NCBI RefSeq assembly: GCF_044704955.1
Contig: NC_091980.1
Coordinates: 86,180,001-86,244,000, forward strand
Length of the DNA stretch: 64,000 nt
Direction of reading: 5' to 3'
Origin: Pristiophorus japonicus
Lineage: Eukaryota
This document shows, piece by piece, positions 38,764 to 51,460 of the stretch. The position numbers and the translations under genes are program-made. The notes beneath the pieces were generated by a model. The model searched no databases and was not told the DNA's origin. It saw nothing but the letters and a program-made list of their open reading frames with translations. The stretch's first letter is position 1; each line of letters begins with the position of its first letter.

Positions 38764-39196
38764 TGAAGTAGGACAAGCCATCCTTCAGCAATTAAAGGGT
38801 TAACATTGCACCTTACATACTACGGACTTCCACTTAATTAATTCTTAGAAATATAATGAGGACTCACACACACCAGTTCAGAGTGACAAACAACACATGA
38901 CCCGCATCACAGCCAAAAAACAATGGATGTGATCAGACATGATTACACTTAAATTGATTACACTTAAAAACTGCTGAATGTTGTTAACCGTAACTGTCAC
39001 CCGCACCTGGTGTGTATTTTAAGTTGATCAAGTAAATGTATAAATATGTTGATAAAATGTTGTTCAGAGAGAGTGGGTGTTGGACTGAGTTGGGAACTCA
39101 GGCGTGAACTGCTCTCCCTTGCAAGTAAAAATAAACGGCTTTTAATTTGTACCAAATGGGCTTGTGTGTCAAGTGTTGCATAAACATTCCACTTCA
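38764..39196 (+). promoter_or_regulatory. Putative 5' LTR of the ERV
   Basis: Inverted ends TGAAGTAG...CCACTTCA, TATAAA at about 39039, AATAAA at about 39130, directly followed by the PBS. The second LTR is not in the window. Confidence 0.7.
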
Positions 39197-39199
39197 ATT

Positions 39200-39220
39200 T
39201 GGCATAGTCGGCAGGATTCG
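39200..39220 (+). promoter_or_regulatory. Primer-binding site for tRNA-Ser
   Basis: TGGCATAGTCGGCAGGATTCG is complementary to the vertebrate tRNA-Ser 3' end (CGAATCCTGCCGACTACGCCA) with one CpG-type mismatch. Confidence 0.9.
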
Positions 39221-40529
39221 CCCAGAGGAAAGACCACTGACTGTGACAGACCATCACTGAGTGAATATATTATTATACCACTCGCAAAATCCGATGCAAT
39301 CTGATGCGTTACGTGTCAGTCAACCGGGGAATTTGAGCAAGGTAAAAAGTCAGTGGGAAAAAAAAGTTGTTATAAGGTAAGAGAGTGGGACTATAGTTAT
39401 TATAGGCTAGTGAGTGGGCAAAAATTTGGCAGACGGAGTATTATGTGGGAAAATGTGAGATTATCCACTTTGGCAGAAATAATAGAAAAGCAAATTATAA
39501 TTTAAATGGAGAAAAATTGCTAAGTGCTGCAGTACAGAGGGACCGGGGGGGGTCTTTGTGCATGAAACACAAAATGTTAGTATGCAGGTACAGCAGGTAG
39601 TCAGGAAGGCAAACGGAATGTTGGCCTTTATTGCAAGGGGATAGAGTATAAAAGCATAGAAGTCCTGCTACAACTGTACAGGGTATTGGTGAGGCCACAT
39701 CCCCTGGAGTACTGCGTACAGTTTTGGTTTCCGTATTTAAGGAGGAATATACTTGCATTGATGGCTGTTCAGTGAAGGTTCACTAGGTTGATTCCGGAGA
39801 TGAGCGGGGTTGACTTATGAGGATAGTTTGAGTAGGTAGGGCCTATACACATTGGAGTTCTGAAGAATGTGAGGTGATCTTATTGAAACATAAGATAATG
39901 AGGGGGCTCGACAAGGTGGATGCAGAGAGGATATTTCTACTCATAGGGGAAACTAAAACGAGGGGACATGGGACTAGAGTTTCCTCATTTTTTGCATGCT
40001 TAACGCCCACTTAACATCCAATTTACTGCTGAAATGATGTATAGCATCCATATATCGGCCATTTAGCCACAAAATGGAAACTGACGGACATTTTTCGGAA
40101 ACTTATCGCCGAGCGTTACTTTCCCCATGTGCGTAAAGCTGGGAAAACATAATACCGCCCGCCCATTATTTTTAATCATAAATAGCACATTTGGCGAAAA
40201 TAATGCCCAGTATATCGCCCACCGTCACTTTCACCACTTCGCACACATATCGCCCACAATATAGCGCGCCCAAAAAACTGCCCAGAAAATGTGGAACTGT
40301 TCTGAACTAAAGCCAGCGGTGTGGCCGCTATTTCTAAAATCGCAGTTTGCTTCATTCAAAAGGCTGCTTCAACTTCGGGGGAGTTTAAATTGCTTCTGGA
40401 GTTCTTCTCAGGTGAAGTGACCATCTCAACAGACATATTTTCAGACTCTGGACTAGTGGGGGCTTAGTTTAGGTGTATTTTAGTGAGCAAATTATTGCTT
40501 CTGATCAATTGTTATTATACTTTCATTGC

Positions 40530-41912
40530 AATGGGACCAGCCATTTCTCATCCTGCATCGATTAATACGCAGATGCTGCAGAGTGCAAATGTGTGATGCA
40601 CATAATTGTGTCTCCAATTTATGCAAGAATGAGGAGGAGGGCCAGACCATACACACCCCGCAGGAACAGGGAAAAGAGGTGTCCGCCCACACCTGCCTTT
40701 GCAGACTGTGCTTCCACAAGGTGGTGATCAGTGAAATATGTGAGCTCATCAGGCCACATATGCAGCCTGCCATCAGGACATCAGTGTCAGTCGAGGTCAA
40801 GGTCACCTCGGCACTGTTTTTCTACGCATCCGATTCCTTTCGGGCCTCCGCGGTCGAGATTTTCCCTCTGTCTCACCATGCAACCCATCGCTGCATTAGA
40901 CAGGTCACGGAGGCCATGTACGCGAGAAGGATGGACTTCATTAGCTTCCCCATGATCACGGAGGCTCAGACTGACGCATTATACCCCATTCCTAAGTTTT
41001 CCAGGGTGCAGAGAGCTATACACTGCACTCACATTGCCATGTGGCCACCTTCTCAGGACCCGGAGCGTTTTCGTAAGAGAAAAGAATTTCACTCCCTGAA
41101 GGTCCAACTAGTTGTCGACCACAACCAGATCATCATGGCAGTGAATGCCAAATGTCCAGGCACCTTCGACGAGGCTCACATCCTGCGTGAGAGTGCTGTC
41201 TCTGACATCTTTAAGAGTCAGCCACAAGGACTGTTGTGTTTCTGTAAAGCATGCACTCCCATGTTCCGCCACCAGGGTGCACATCCCCTGAAGTCCCAAG
41301 GGATCCCAGCATCCCTTGGGAGCACTGTATATAAGCCGGCCCATAAAGCCTGTTCCTCACTCTGGAGTGTCTTAATAAAGACTGAGGTCACTGTTACTTT
41401 AACCTCCCTGTGTGCAATCTCATCTGTGTTAGGAACACAATAAGGACAATGCTGGATGCTTGGTGATAACCGATATAGCCTAGCCACCTGGCTGATGATT
41501 CCCCTGCGTGACACCCACACCGAGACCGAAAAGCGATACAACCAGAGCCACAGAGACACAGGCAATGTGGTCCAGAAAACAATAACTGTGCTTTAGCAGC
41601 ACTTTAGATATCTGGATCACTCAGGAGGGGAGCTACAACCCTGAACAAGTAGGTAAATTTGTGGTCATGTGCTCCATGCTGCACAACCTGGCTATCAGGA
41701 GGGGCCAAGAATTGCCAGAAGGGACTGATGCGCCACCTCAGGAAAGAGAGGAAGAGGACGACGAGGGGCTGGATGCTGACTTAGGGCCAGACAATCAGGC
41801 TGGCTATGCAACCATGCCCACGACCCCCTCCAGACTGCAGGAAAGGGCCCGTGGTGGCTACATAGCTGCAAGACTCTTATGTGAGGAGCTGATATCTGAA
41901 CGATTTGCCTAA
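40530..41912 (+). pseudogene. Harbinger DDE transposase (HARBI1-like), interrupted by a solo LTR
   Basis: VEVKVTSALFFYAS, AIHCTHIA (from GAIDCTH), RKEFHSLKVQLVVD, PGTFDEAHILRES, WMLGDNRY, CSMLHNLAIRRG, acidic tail. Confidence 0.88.
41232..41442 (+). mobile_element. Solo Gypsy LTR
   Basis: 211 bp, TGTTG...CAATA, 5-bp TSD AGGAC, TATA box and AATAAA; same family as the LTR at 56044-56254. Confidence 0.93.
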
Positions 41913-44900
41913 AAGAACATTGCTGTGAGTGACAACGCTGACACACTGCTGTGTGTGTGCAGCTCAGGCATCAATGGTGCCCATTACCTTGGTGCCAGTT
42001 AAAGTTTACGTTGATTGAAGTTAAATTTTATTTAATCCTTTCATGTTAAGGAATCACCAGTGTGTAACGGTCCAGCTATCTGAGACAATGCGCAACAAGG
42101 TTATGTTCAATAACAAAAAATTTATACCAACATTGGTCTGAAATCATAAGTATCACAGGCAAAAACACCCAAACTCCGCTCACACCCCACTTTTTCCACC
42201 ATTGACATCAATCAAATGTTCAACATGTCCAGCAACACAGAATACAAGGCAAAGCAGGAGTGTGGTGCCCAGCCCCCATACATTACAACAAATTGCATAC
42301 ACCCAGATGGAGATATAACACAGCCATCACCTACGGACATGCACCTCACTGTCCTTCCCCCTCCCCTTCTTCTCCCCACCTCTACCCCTTCTCCTCCTCA
42401 CTCCATGGCGCCTGGCCAAGGGGCTCCTCAGCCGGTGCCTCATTGTGGGGGAGATGAAGGCAGAGGCGGTGGTTGCACGGGTACTGGAGCAGGGGGTGCC
42501 GAGGGGACAACATTCCCTGATGCAGAAGCGGAACTTGGTCCTTGCTCTCATCTGTCGTTCGCAGTGGTGGTGCGGAACCTAAGGGTGGAGTGCCGTGCTC
42601 AGGGACCACTGGGAGGCCTGTGCCAGCAGTGTTCCTGGCTATCGCATCCAGGACCTCTGCCATCCGCGGAATGTACTCAGTCATGGTGGCCTGCTGTCGG
42701 GATATGCCCCCCAATGCTTCGATGAGCTGGTCACCAATGTCTACAGCCCTCTTGGACAACTGTACCATCTCTCCGCTCTCCTGCTGCGCTTGTGGACTAG
42801 ACCTGCCACGTCCACGAGGTCTCCGCAGGGTTGGCGCCATCCTGGGGACAAATGGGGTGCCCTGTGGCGAGGTGCTTGGGGCCGGTATCTCCAGAGTGGA
42901 GGCGGGAATGACCGGAGGACCACTAGATGGCCTTGGGGTGGAATGGCTTCTGGAGCATGGTGATGCAGGTTCCTCGAAGTCCGTGCAATCATCCATCAAG
43001 AACAGACCAAGTGGATTGACAGGTGAGAATCGGAGCTCCTCAGCACCAGATGTAGGATCCTCCGGAGAGTCGGGTCCCACGCCCCCACCTTCTGGCCTCT
43101 GTGGTCTTGCCTGGGGCCGCACTGAGCTGCAAAACACAAATGAGGTTATTATTAGAGGAGAAGAGGAGTGCTAGGGTCATAAGGTGAGTCCAGCGCTACA
43201 CACAGCATATGCACGACAAAGGCACCACCGCTATCAAAATCATCGCAGACATCACATTTCATGACCATCAACACATTTGCATTGCAATGATTTTCAATAG
43301 GCCAGCATTATCTCTAGGACAATTTTACAAATCATCTATCATATATTATTGCTCGGATATGAGTGGGTGTGCCATCTATTGATTTACATCACGCAATGGT
43401 GTAAACTTTACTCACGTTGCTTCACTTCAGGGTCTGCAGATGCTTCCATGGCTGTCCGGGTGTGCTTCCCCACAAGTGCGAGCACCCGCTCCTCCATCTC
43501 AGTGATGTCGCTGGGGACTGGTAGCCCCCCACCCATTCACCTCTGCACAGACTTCATCGGCGATAGCTTCTTCTGTAAAAGGTGACAGGATGACATGGCA
43601 TGAGATCATTGCATGATATCATTGCTAGGTACTGTCACAGAGACTGATACAACACATAACCTGTTATTTAACCCCTTGTAACCTTGTAACCTGCATCACA
43701 CATATCCATCACAGCACCCACCCAGGCATCGTGATGATGAAAGCCATAGCCAGATCCCATGTGTGGTGGCCAGGCATCGACCCAGAGAGGCACCGCTAAG
43801 TTTATGGTCCTGGCCATCCAAATCGTGGTCAAGGATACATGAGGACTATGCAGACCTATTCCTAGGCAAAATGTTTTTGGTTGTCGTGGATGCTTATTCA
43901 AAGAAGATTGAGTGTGCAATAATGTCTGGAAGCATGTCCACGGCCACCATTGAAAGTCTAAGAGCCATGTTTGCCATACACGGCCTGCCCGATGTCCTAG
44001 TCAGTAACAATGGACCGTGCTTCACAAGTGCCGAATTCAAAGAGTTCATGACCCGCAATGGGATCAAACATTTCACATCTGTGCCATTCAAGCCCACATC
44101 CAACGGCCAGGCAGAACGGGCAGTCCAGACCATCAAGCAAAGCTTGAAACGGGTGTCGGAAGGCTCCCTGCAGACCCAGTTGTCCCGAGTACTGCTCAGC
44201 TACCGCACCAGACCCCACACACTCACAGGGATCCCCCCATACGAGCTGCTCATGGAAAGGGCGCTTAAAACAAGGCTCTCTCTGGTCCACCCTGATCTAC
44301 ATGATCACGTGGAGGACAAGCTACATCAACTGAGTGTGTACCATGACCGCGCAAACTTGTCACGCGATATTGAAATCAATGATCCTGTGTTTGTGCTCAG
44401 TTATGGACATGGTCCCAATGGCTCGCTGGCACGGTCACAGCCAAAGAGGGGAGTAGGGTGTTTCAGGTCAAACTGACCAATGGACAAATGCACAGAAAAC
44501 ACTTGGACCAAATTAAACTGTGGTTCACCATCAGCTACACACAACCTGAAGAGGGCACCACCAACTTTGACCTTCCAACATACACAATTGGCAACTGACA
44601 TCACAGTTGACCACGAAACAGAACTCATCATCCCCAGCAGCCCGGCAAGGCCGGCTGCCCAACCGCCCAATGAAGCACTGACCAACCCAACCACACCAAC
44701 ATTTGTCCCGAGACGATCGACAAGGGAGCGCAACGCCCCAGATCATCTCATCTTGTAAATAAGTGTACTGTTGACTTCACGGGGGAATGATGTTATGTAT
44801 TTAACCCCTTGTAACCTTGTAACCTGCATCACACCTGTCCACCAGAGGGCCTCCCAGCATCCCTTGGGAGTAGAGTATATAAGCAGGCCACCCACAAGGT

Positions 44901-47083
44901 ACCTGCACTCTGGAACTACAATAAAGGAGCTAAGGTCACACTTGCTCATTACATACAGTACTCGGTCTGACCATTTATTTTGAGTATAACAATTGGCGAC
45001 GAGGTAACAAACCGCGCAAAAATGCAAAGAACATTCGGCATCCTGGAGAAATTCTCGGAGGGGGACGATTGGGAGGCCTTCGTGGAGAGACTCGACCAAT
45101 ACTTCGTAGCCAACGAGCTGGAAGGGGACGATATCGCCGACCAAACAAAGGGCGATCTTCCTAACTGTCTGTGGGGCCACTACCTATAACCTCATGAAGA
45201 ATCTCCTGGCCCCGGCTAAACCAACAGAGAAATCCTATGGAGAACTTTGTACGCTGGTCCGGGAGCACCTTATTCCTAATGGTGAGAAATCGGTGCTACA
45301 CATGTCAACGATCGGAGGGCCAGGAAGTGGCGAGCTACGTCGCCGAATTAAGGTGCCTTGCAGGACATTGTGAGTTTGAGGGATTCCTAGAACAAATGGT
45401 CAGAGACTTTTTTGTCCTGGGCATCGGACATGAGACAATCCTTTGCTAACTGTTGACTGTAGAAACTCCGAATCTGAGTAAAGCCATAACAATAGCCCAA
45501 GCATTTATGTCCACCAGCGTCAACACCAAGTAGATTTCGCAGAACAAAGATGTTTCGGCCAGTACTGTGCATAAAGTAACGTTGGTTTTGAGCAGAAATG
45601 TACAGGGCAGAAAGTACACGCCGGCTGCTGTGACCCGACCTCACTTGATCAAGAGTCCGGCATCATCTGTTAATACGAGGCAGTTAACACCCTGTTGGCG
45701 CTGCGGGGGTGATCATCGGCCCCATCAATGCTGCTTTAAGCACTATATGTGCAATGGCTGCAGATAAATGGGACACCTCCAACGAATGTGCAAGCAAGCT
45801 GCAAACCCTGCAAACCACCACGTTGCAGAGGAAGATCCACAGTGGATCAGACGGAATTGGAAACTTGTACGGAGGAGACTGAGGGTGTACGGGGTGCACA
45901 CGTTCACAACGAAATGCCCACCAATAATCTTGAAAGTTGAAGTGAACGGTATTCCAGTGTCTATGGAGCTGGACATGGGGCAAGGGGAAAAAATCACACA
46001 GGCCCAAGCTCAGCCCCCTTCACACGAAGCTAAGGACTTATACAAAAGGAACTAATCCCGGTAATTGGCAATGCTGAAGTCAAAGTCTCCTATGATGGAG
46101 CAGTACACGTACTCCCGCTGTGGATTGTGCCAGGGGATGGCCCCACATTATTTGGCAGAAGCTGGCTGGCGAAAATCCGCTGGAACTGGGACGACATCCA
46201 AGCGCTTTCGTCAGTTGACGATACCGCATGCACCCAGGTTCTAAGCAAGTTCCCATCATTATTCAAGTCAGGCATTGGAAGTTTCTTAGGGGCAAAAGTG
46301 CAGATCCATTTGGTTCCCGGTACATGCCCCATCTACTACAAGGCTCGGGCAGTACCATACATGATGCGTGAAAAACTGGAAATCAAGCTAGACAGGCTGC
46401 AACGTGAAGGCATCATCGCGCCGGTGGAGTTCAGCGACTGGGCCAGGCCGATTGTTCCGGGACTCAAGGAGGACGGCACGGTTAGAATTTTCGGTGACTA
46501 TAAAGTAACAATTTACCGTTTTTCACTGCAGGATCAGTACCTACTACCCAAGGCAGAGGACGTATTTGCAACCCTGGCTGGATTGACGTTGACCAAGCTG
46601 GATCTGACCTTGGCCTACATGACGCAGGAGCTGAAGGAGTCTTCGAAAGGCCTCACCTACATCAACACGCACAAAGGTCCGTTCGGAATTCGGTCGGCTG
46701 CAGCGATCTTCCAGCGAAATATGGAAAGCCTGCTAAAGTCGGTCCCTTGTACAGTGGTCTTCCAGGACGACATATATGTTACAGGTCGGGACATCATGGA
46801 GCACTTGAAGAACCTGGAGGAGGTTTTTAGTTGGTTGGATCACGTAGGGCTCAGGTTGAAACGCTTGAAGTGTGTTTCCCTGGCACAGGACGTCGAATTC
46901 TTAGGAAGGAGAATCGCCGCAGATGGCATCAGACCCACCAACGCCAAGACGGAGGCCATCAAGAACACGCCACGACCACGGAATGTGACGGAGCTGCGGT
47001 CGTTTCTGGGACTCCTTAACTACTTTGGTAATTTCCTACCTGGGTTAAGCACCCTGCTAGAACCCCTACATGTGTTACTGCGC

Positions 47084-47256
47084 GTGGTCGGTGAGATGAG
47101 TGTCCGGGTCGGAGGCCTATAAATGCCGCATGAGGCAGCGGGTGTTCGTGGTCGGTGAGGCGAGAGTCCGGGTCGGAGGCCAATAAAGGCAGCGAGAGGC
47201 AGCGGGTGTTCGTTGTCGGTGAGGCGAGAGTCCGGGTCGGAGGCCTATAAAGGCCA
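47084..47256 (+). repeat. About 2.7 x 64-bp tandem monomers at the LINE 5' end
   Basis: GTGGTCGGTGAG...CCGGGTCGGAGGCCTATAAA units start at 47084, 47148 and 47212. Confidence 0.85.
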
Positions 47257-50200
47257 ACTGGTGCAGCTGCAGGGAGAAGGCAAAAAAGAAGTAGAAAGAA
47301 AGCGAAAGATGACGTCACAGCCAAGGGGGTAAGTGATTGGTTGGTGATTGATAAGTAGTTTTTCGTTCTCTTTTCTTTATCAGTAAGTAACCTTTAGCAT
47401 TGTTGTTGCCAAATTAAGTTTATCTAAGGGTAAGTCATGGCAGGACAGCTCGGACACATGTTATGCTCCTTCTGTGCTATGTGGGAACTCAAGGACGCTT
47501 CCGGTGTCCCTGACGACCACATGTGCGGGAGGTGTATCCACCTGCAGATCCTGACAGACCGCATTGCGGCACTGGAGCTGATGGGTGGATTCACTCTGGA
47601 GCATGCACGATGCTGAGAATGACATAAATAGCACATTTAGCGAGTTGGTCTTACCGCAGGTAAAGGGTACACAGCCAGGTAGGGATTGGGTGAACAAAAG
47701 AAAGAGCAGTGCAAGGAAGGTAGTGCAGGGGTCCCCTGCCGTCATCCCCCTGCAAAACAGATACAGCGCTTTGGGTACTGTTGAGCGAGATGACTCATCA
47801 GGGAAGGGCAGCAGCAGCCAAGTTCATGGCACCGTGGGTGGCTCGGCAGCACAGGAGGGCAGGAAAAAGAGTGGGACAGTTATAGTGATAGGGGATTTGA
47901 TTGCAAGGGGAATAGATAGGCATTTCTGTGGCTGCAACCGAGACTCCAGGATGGTATGTTGCCTCCCTTGTGCAAAGATCAAGGGTGTCTCGGAGCGGGT
48001 GCAGGACATTCTGAAAAGGGAGGGTGAACAGCCAGTTGTCGTGGTGCACATAGCTACCAACAATACAGGTAAAAAATGGGATGAGGTCCTACGAGACGAA
48101 TTTAGGGAGCTAGGAGCTAAATTAAAAAGTAGGACCTCAAAAGTAGTTATCACAGGATTGCAACCAGTGCTACTTGCAAATCAGAATAGGAATCGCAGGA
48201 TAGCTCAGATGAATACGTAGCTTGAGGAGTGGTGCAGAAGGGAGGGATTCAAATTCCTGGGGCATTGGAACCGGTTCTGGGGGAGGTGGGACCAGTACAA
48301 ACCGGACGGTCTGCACCTGGGTAGGACCGGAACCAATGTCCTGGGGGGAGTGTTTGCTAGTGCTGTTGGGGAGGATTTAAACTAATATGGCAGGGGGATG
48401 GGAACCAATGCAGGGAGGCAGAGGGAAATAAAAGGGAGACAGAGGCAAAAGATAGAAAGGAGAATAGTAAAAGTGGAGGGCAGGGAATCCCAAGGCAAAA
48501 AACAAAAAGGGCCACATTACAGCAAAATTCTAAAGGGGCAAAGTGTGTTAAAAAGACAAGCCTGAAGGCTCTGTGCCTCAATGCGAGGAGTATTTGGAAT
48601 AAGGTGGACGAATTAATGGCGCAGATAGCAGTTAATGGATATGATGTAATTGGCATCACAGAGACATGGCTCCAGGGTGACCAAGGCTGGGAACTCAACA
48701 TCCAGGGGTATTCAACATTTAGGAAGGATAGACAGAGAGGAAAAGGAGGTGGGGTGGTGTTGCTGGTTAAAGAGGAAGTTAATGTAATAGTAAGGAAGGA
48801 CCTTGGCTTGGATGATGTGGAATCGGTATGGGTGGAGCTGCGGAATACCAAAGGGCAGAAAATGCTGGTGGGAATTGTGTGCAGACCACTAAACAGTAGT
48901 AGTGAGGTTGGGGACAGCATCACACAAGAAATAAGGGATGTGTACAATAAAGGTACAGCAGTTATCATGGGTGACTTTAATTTAAATATAGATTGGGCTA
49001 AACAAACTGGTAAACTGGTAGCAATGCGGTAGAGGAGGATTTCCTGGAGTGCATTAGGGATGGTTTTCTTGACCATTATGTCGAGGAACCAACTCGCGAG
49101 CTGGCCATCCTAGACTGGGTGATGTATAATGAGAAGGGACTAATTAGCAATCTTGTTGTGCGAGGCCCCTTGGGGAAGAGTGACAAAAATATGGTAGAAT
49201 TCTTTATTAAGATGGAGAGTGACACAGTAAATTTAGAAACTAGAGTCCTAAACTTAAGGAAAGCTAACTTCGACGGCATGAGGCGTGAATAAGCCAGAAT
49301 AGACTGGCAAATGATACTTAAAGAGTTGACGGTGGATAGGCAATGGCAAACATTTATAGATCACATGGATGAACTTCAACAGTTGTACATCCCTGTCTGG
49401 AGTTAAAAATAAAACAGTGAAGGTGGCTCAACCATGGCTAACAAGGGAAATTAAGGATAGTGTTAGATCCAAGGAAGAGGCATATAAATTGGCCAGAAAA
49501 AATGGAAACCTGAGGACTGGGAGAAATTTAGAATTCAGCAGAGGAGGAAAAAGGGTTTAATTAGGAGGGAGAAAATAGAGTACGAGAGGAAGCTTGCCGG
49601 GAACATAAAAACTGACTGCAAAAGTTTCTATAGATATGTGAAGAGAAAAAGATTAGTGAAGACAAACGTAGGTCCCTTGCAGTCAGACTCAGGTGAATTA
49701 ATAATGGGGAACAAAGAAATGGCAGACCAATTGAACAAATTTTATTCTGTCTTCACGAAGCAAGACACAAATGACCTTCCGGATATACTAGAGGACCGAG
49801 GGTCTAGTGAGAAGGAGGAACTGAAGGATATCCTTATTAGGCAGGAAATTGTGTTGGGGAAATTGATGGGATTGAAGGCCAACAAATCCCCAGGGCCTGA
49901 TTGTCTGCATCCCAGAGTACTTAAGGGGGTGGCCCTAGAAATAGTGGATGCATTGGAGATCATTTTCCAACAGTCTATCGACTCTGGATCAGTTCCTATG
50001 GACTGGAGGGCAGCTAATGTAACAGCACTTTTTAAAAAAGGAGGGAAAAAAGAAAACGGGAAATTATAGACCGGTTAGCCTGACATCAGTAGGGGGGAAA
50101 ATGTTGGAATCAATCATTAAGGATGAAAGAGCAGCGCATTTGGAAAGCAGTGACAGGATCGGTCCAAGTCAGCATGGATTTGTGAAAGGGAAATCATGCT

Positions 50201-51460
50201 TGACAAATCTTCTGGAATTTTTTGAGGATGTAACTAGTAGAGTGGACAAGGGAGAACCAGTGGATGTGGTGTATTTGGACTTTCAAAAGGCCTTTGACAA
50301 GGTCCCACATAAGAGATTGGTGTGCAAAATCAAAGCACATGGTATTGGGGGTAATGTACTGGCATGGAGAAAATTGGTTGGCAGACAGGAAGCAGAGAGT
50401 CGGGATTAACAGGTCCTTTTCGAAATGGGAGGCAGTGACTAGTGGAGTGCCGCAGGGTTCAGTGCTAGGACCCCAGCTATTTACAATATATATTAATGAT
50501 TTGGATGAAGGAATTGAGTGTAATATCTCCAAATTTGCAGATGACACTAAACTGGGTGGCGGTGTGAGCTGTGAGGAGGATGCTAAGAGGCTGCAGGGTG
50601 ACTTGGACAGGTTAGCTAAGTGGGCAAATGCATGGCAGATGCAGTATAATGTGGATAAATGTGAGGTTATCCACTTTGGTGGCAAAAACACGAAGGCAGA
50701 ATATTATCTGAATGGTGGCAGATTAGGAAAAGGGGAGGTGCAACGAGACCTGGGTGTCATGGTTCATCGGTCATTGAAAGTTGGCATGCAGGTACAGCAG
50801 GCAGTGAAGATGGCAAATGGCATTTGGCCTTCATAGCTAGGGGATTTTAGTAGGAGCAGGGAGGTCGTACTGCAATTGTACAGGGCCTTGGTGAGGCCTC
50901 ACCTGGAATTTTGTGTTCAGTTTTGGTCTCCCAATCTGAGGAAGGATGTTCTTGTTATTGAGGGAGTGCAGCGAAGGTTCACCAGACTGATTCCCGGGAT
51001 GGCTGGACTGACATACGAGGAGAGACTGGATCAACTGGCCTTTATACACTGGAGTTTAGAAGGATGAGAGGGGATCTCATAGAAACATATAAGATTCTGA
51101 CGGGATGGGACAGGTTCGATGCGGGAAGAATGTTCCCGATGTTGGGGAAGTCCAGAACCAGGGGACACAGTCTTAGGATAAGGGGTAAGCCATTTAGGAC
51201 TGAGATGAGGAGAAACTTCTTCACTCAGAGAGTTGTTAACCTGTGGAATTCCCTGCCGCAAAGAGTCGTTGATGCTAGTTCATTGGATATATTCAAGAGG
51301 GAGTTAGATATGGCCCTTACGGCTAAAGGGATCAAGGGGTATGCAGAGAAAGCGGGAAAGGGGTACTGAGGAGAATGATCAGCCATGATCATATTGAATG
51401 GTGGTGCAGGCTCGAAGGGCCGAATGGCCTACTCCTGCACCTATTTTCTATGTTTCTATG
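47084..51460 (+). mobile_element. Full-length CR1/HER1 LINE inserted in Gypsy 3 pol
   Basis: 5' monomers; ORF1 from 47437 (CxxC...CxxC, VIGD...VHIATNN...DGLHL SGNH esterase); ORF2 EN-RT to 51369 with frameshifts; HER1 tail. Confidence 0.93.

Noticed and set aside
39200-39220. tRNA-Ser gene
   Set aside because: Only about 21 nt complementary to the tRNA 3' end including CCA, directly after an LTR end; this is a PBS.
40526-41443. Host HARBI1 gene (305-aa ORF)
   Set aside because: Catalytic motifs are mutated, the ORF runs into a solo LTR, and it sits between TIRs with a Myb partner; it is a transposon copy.
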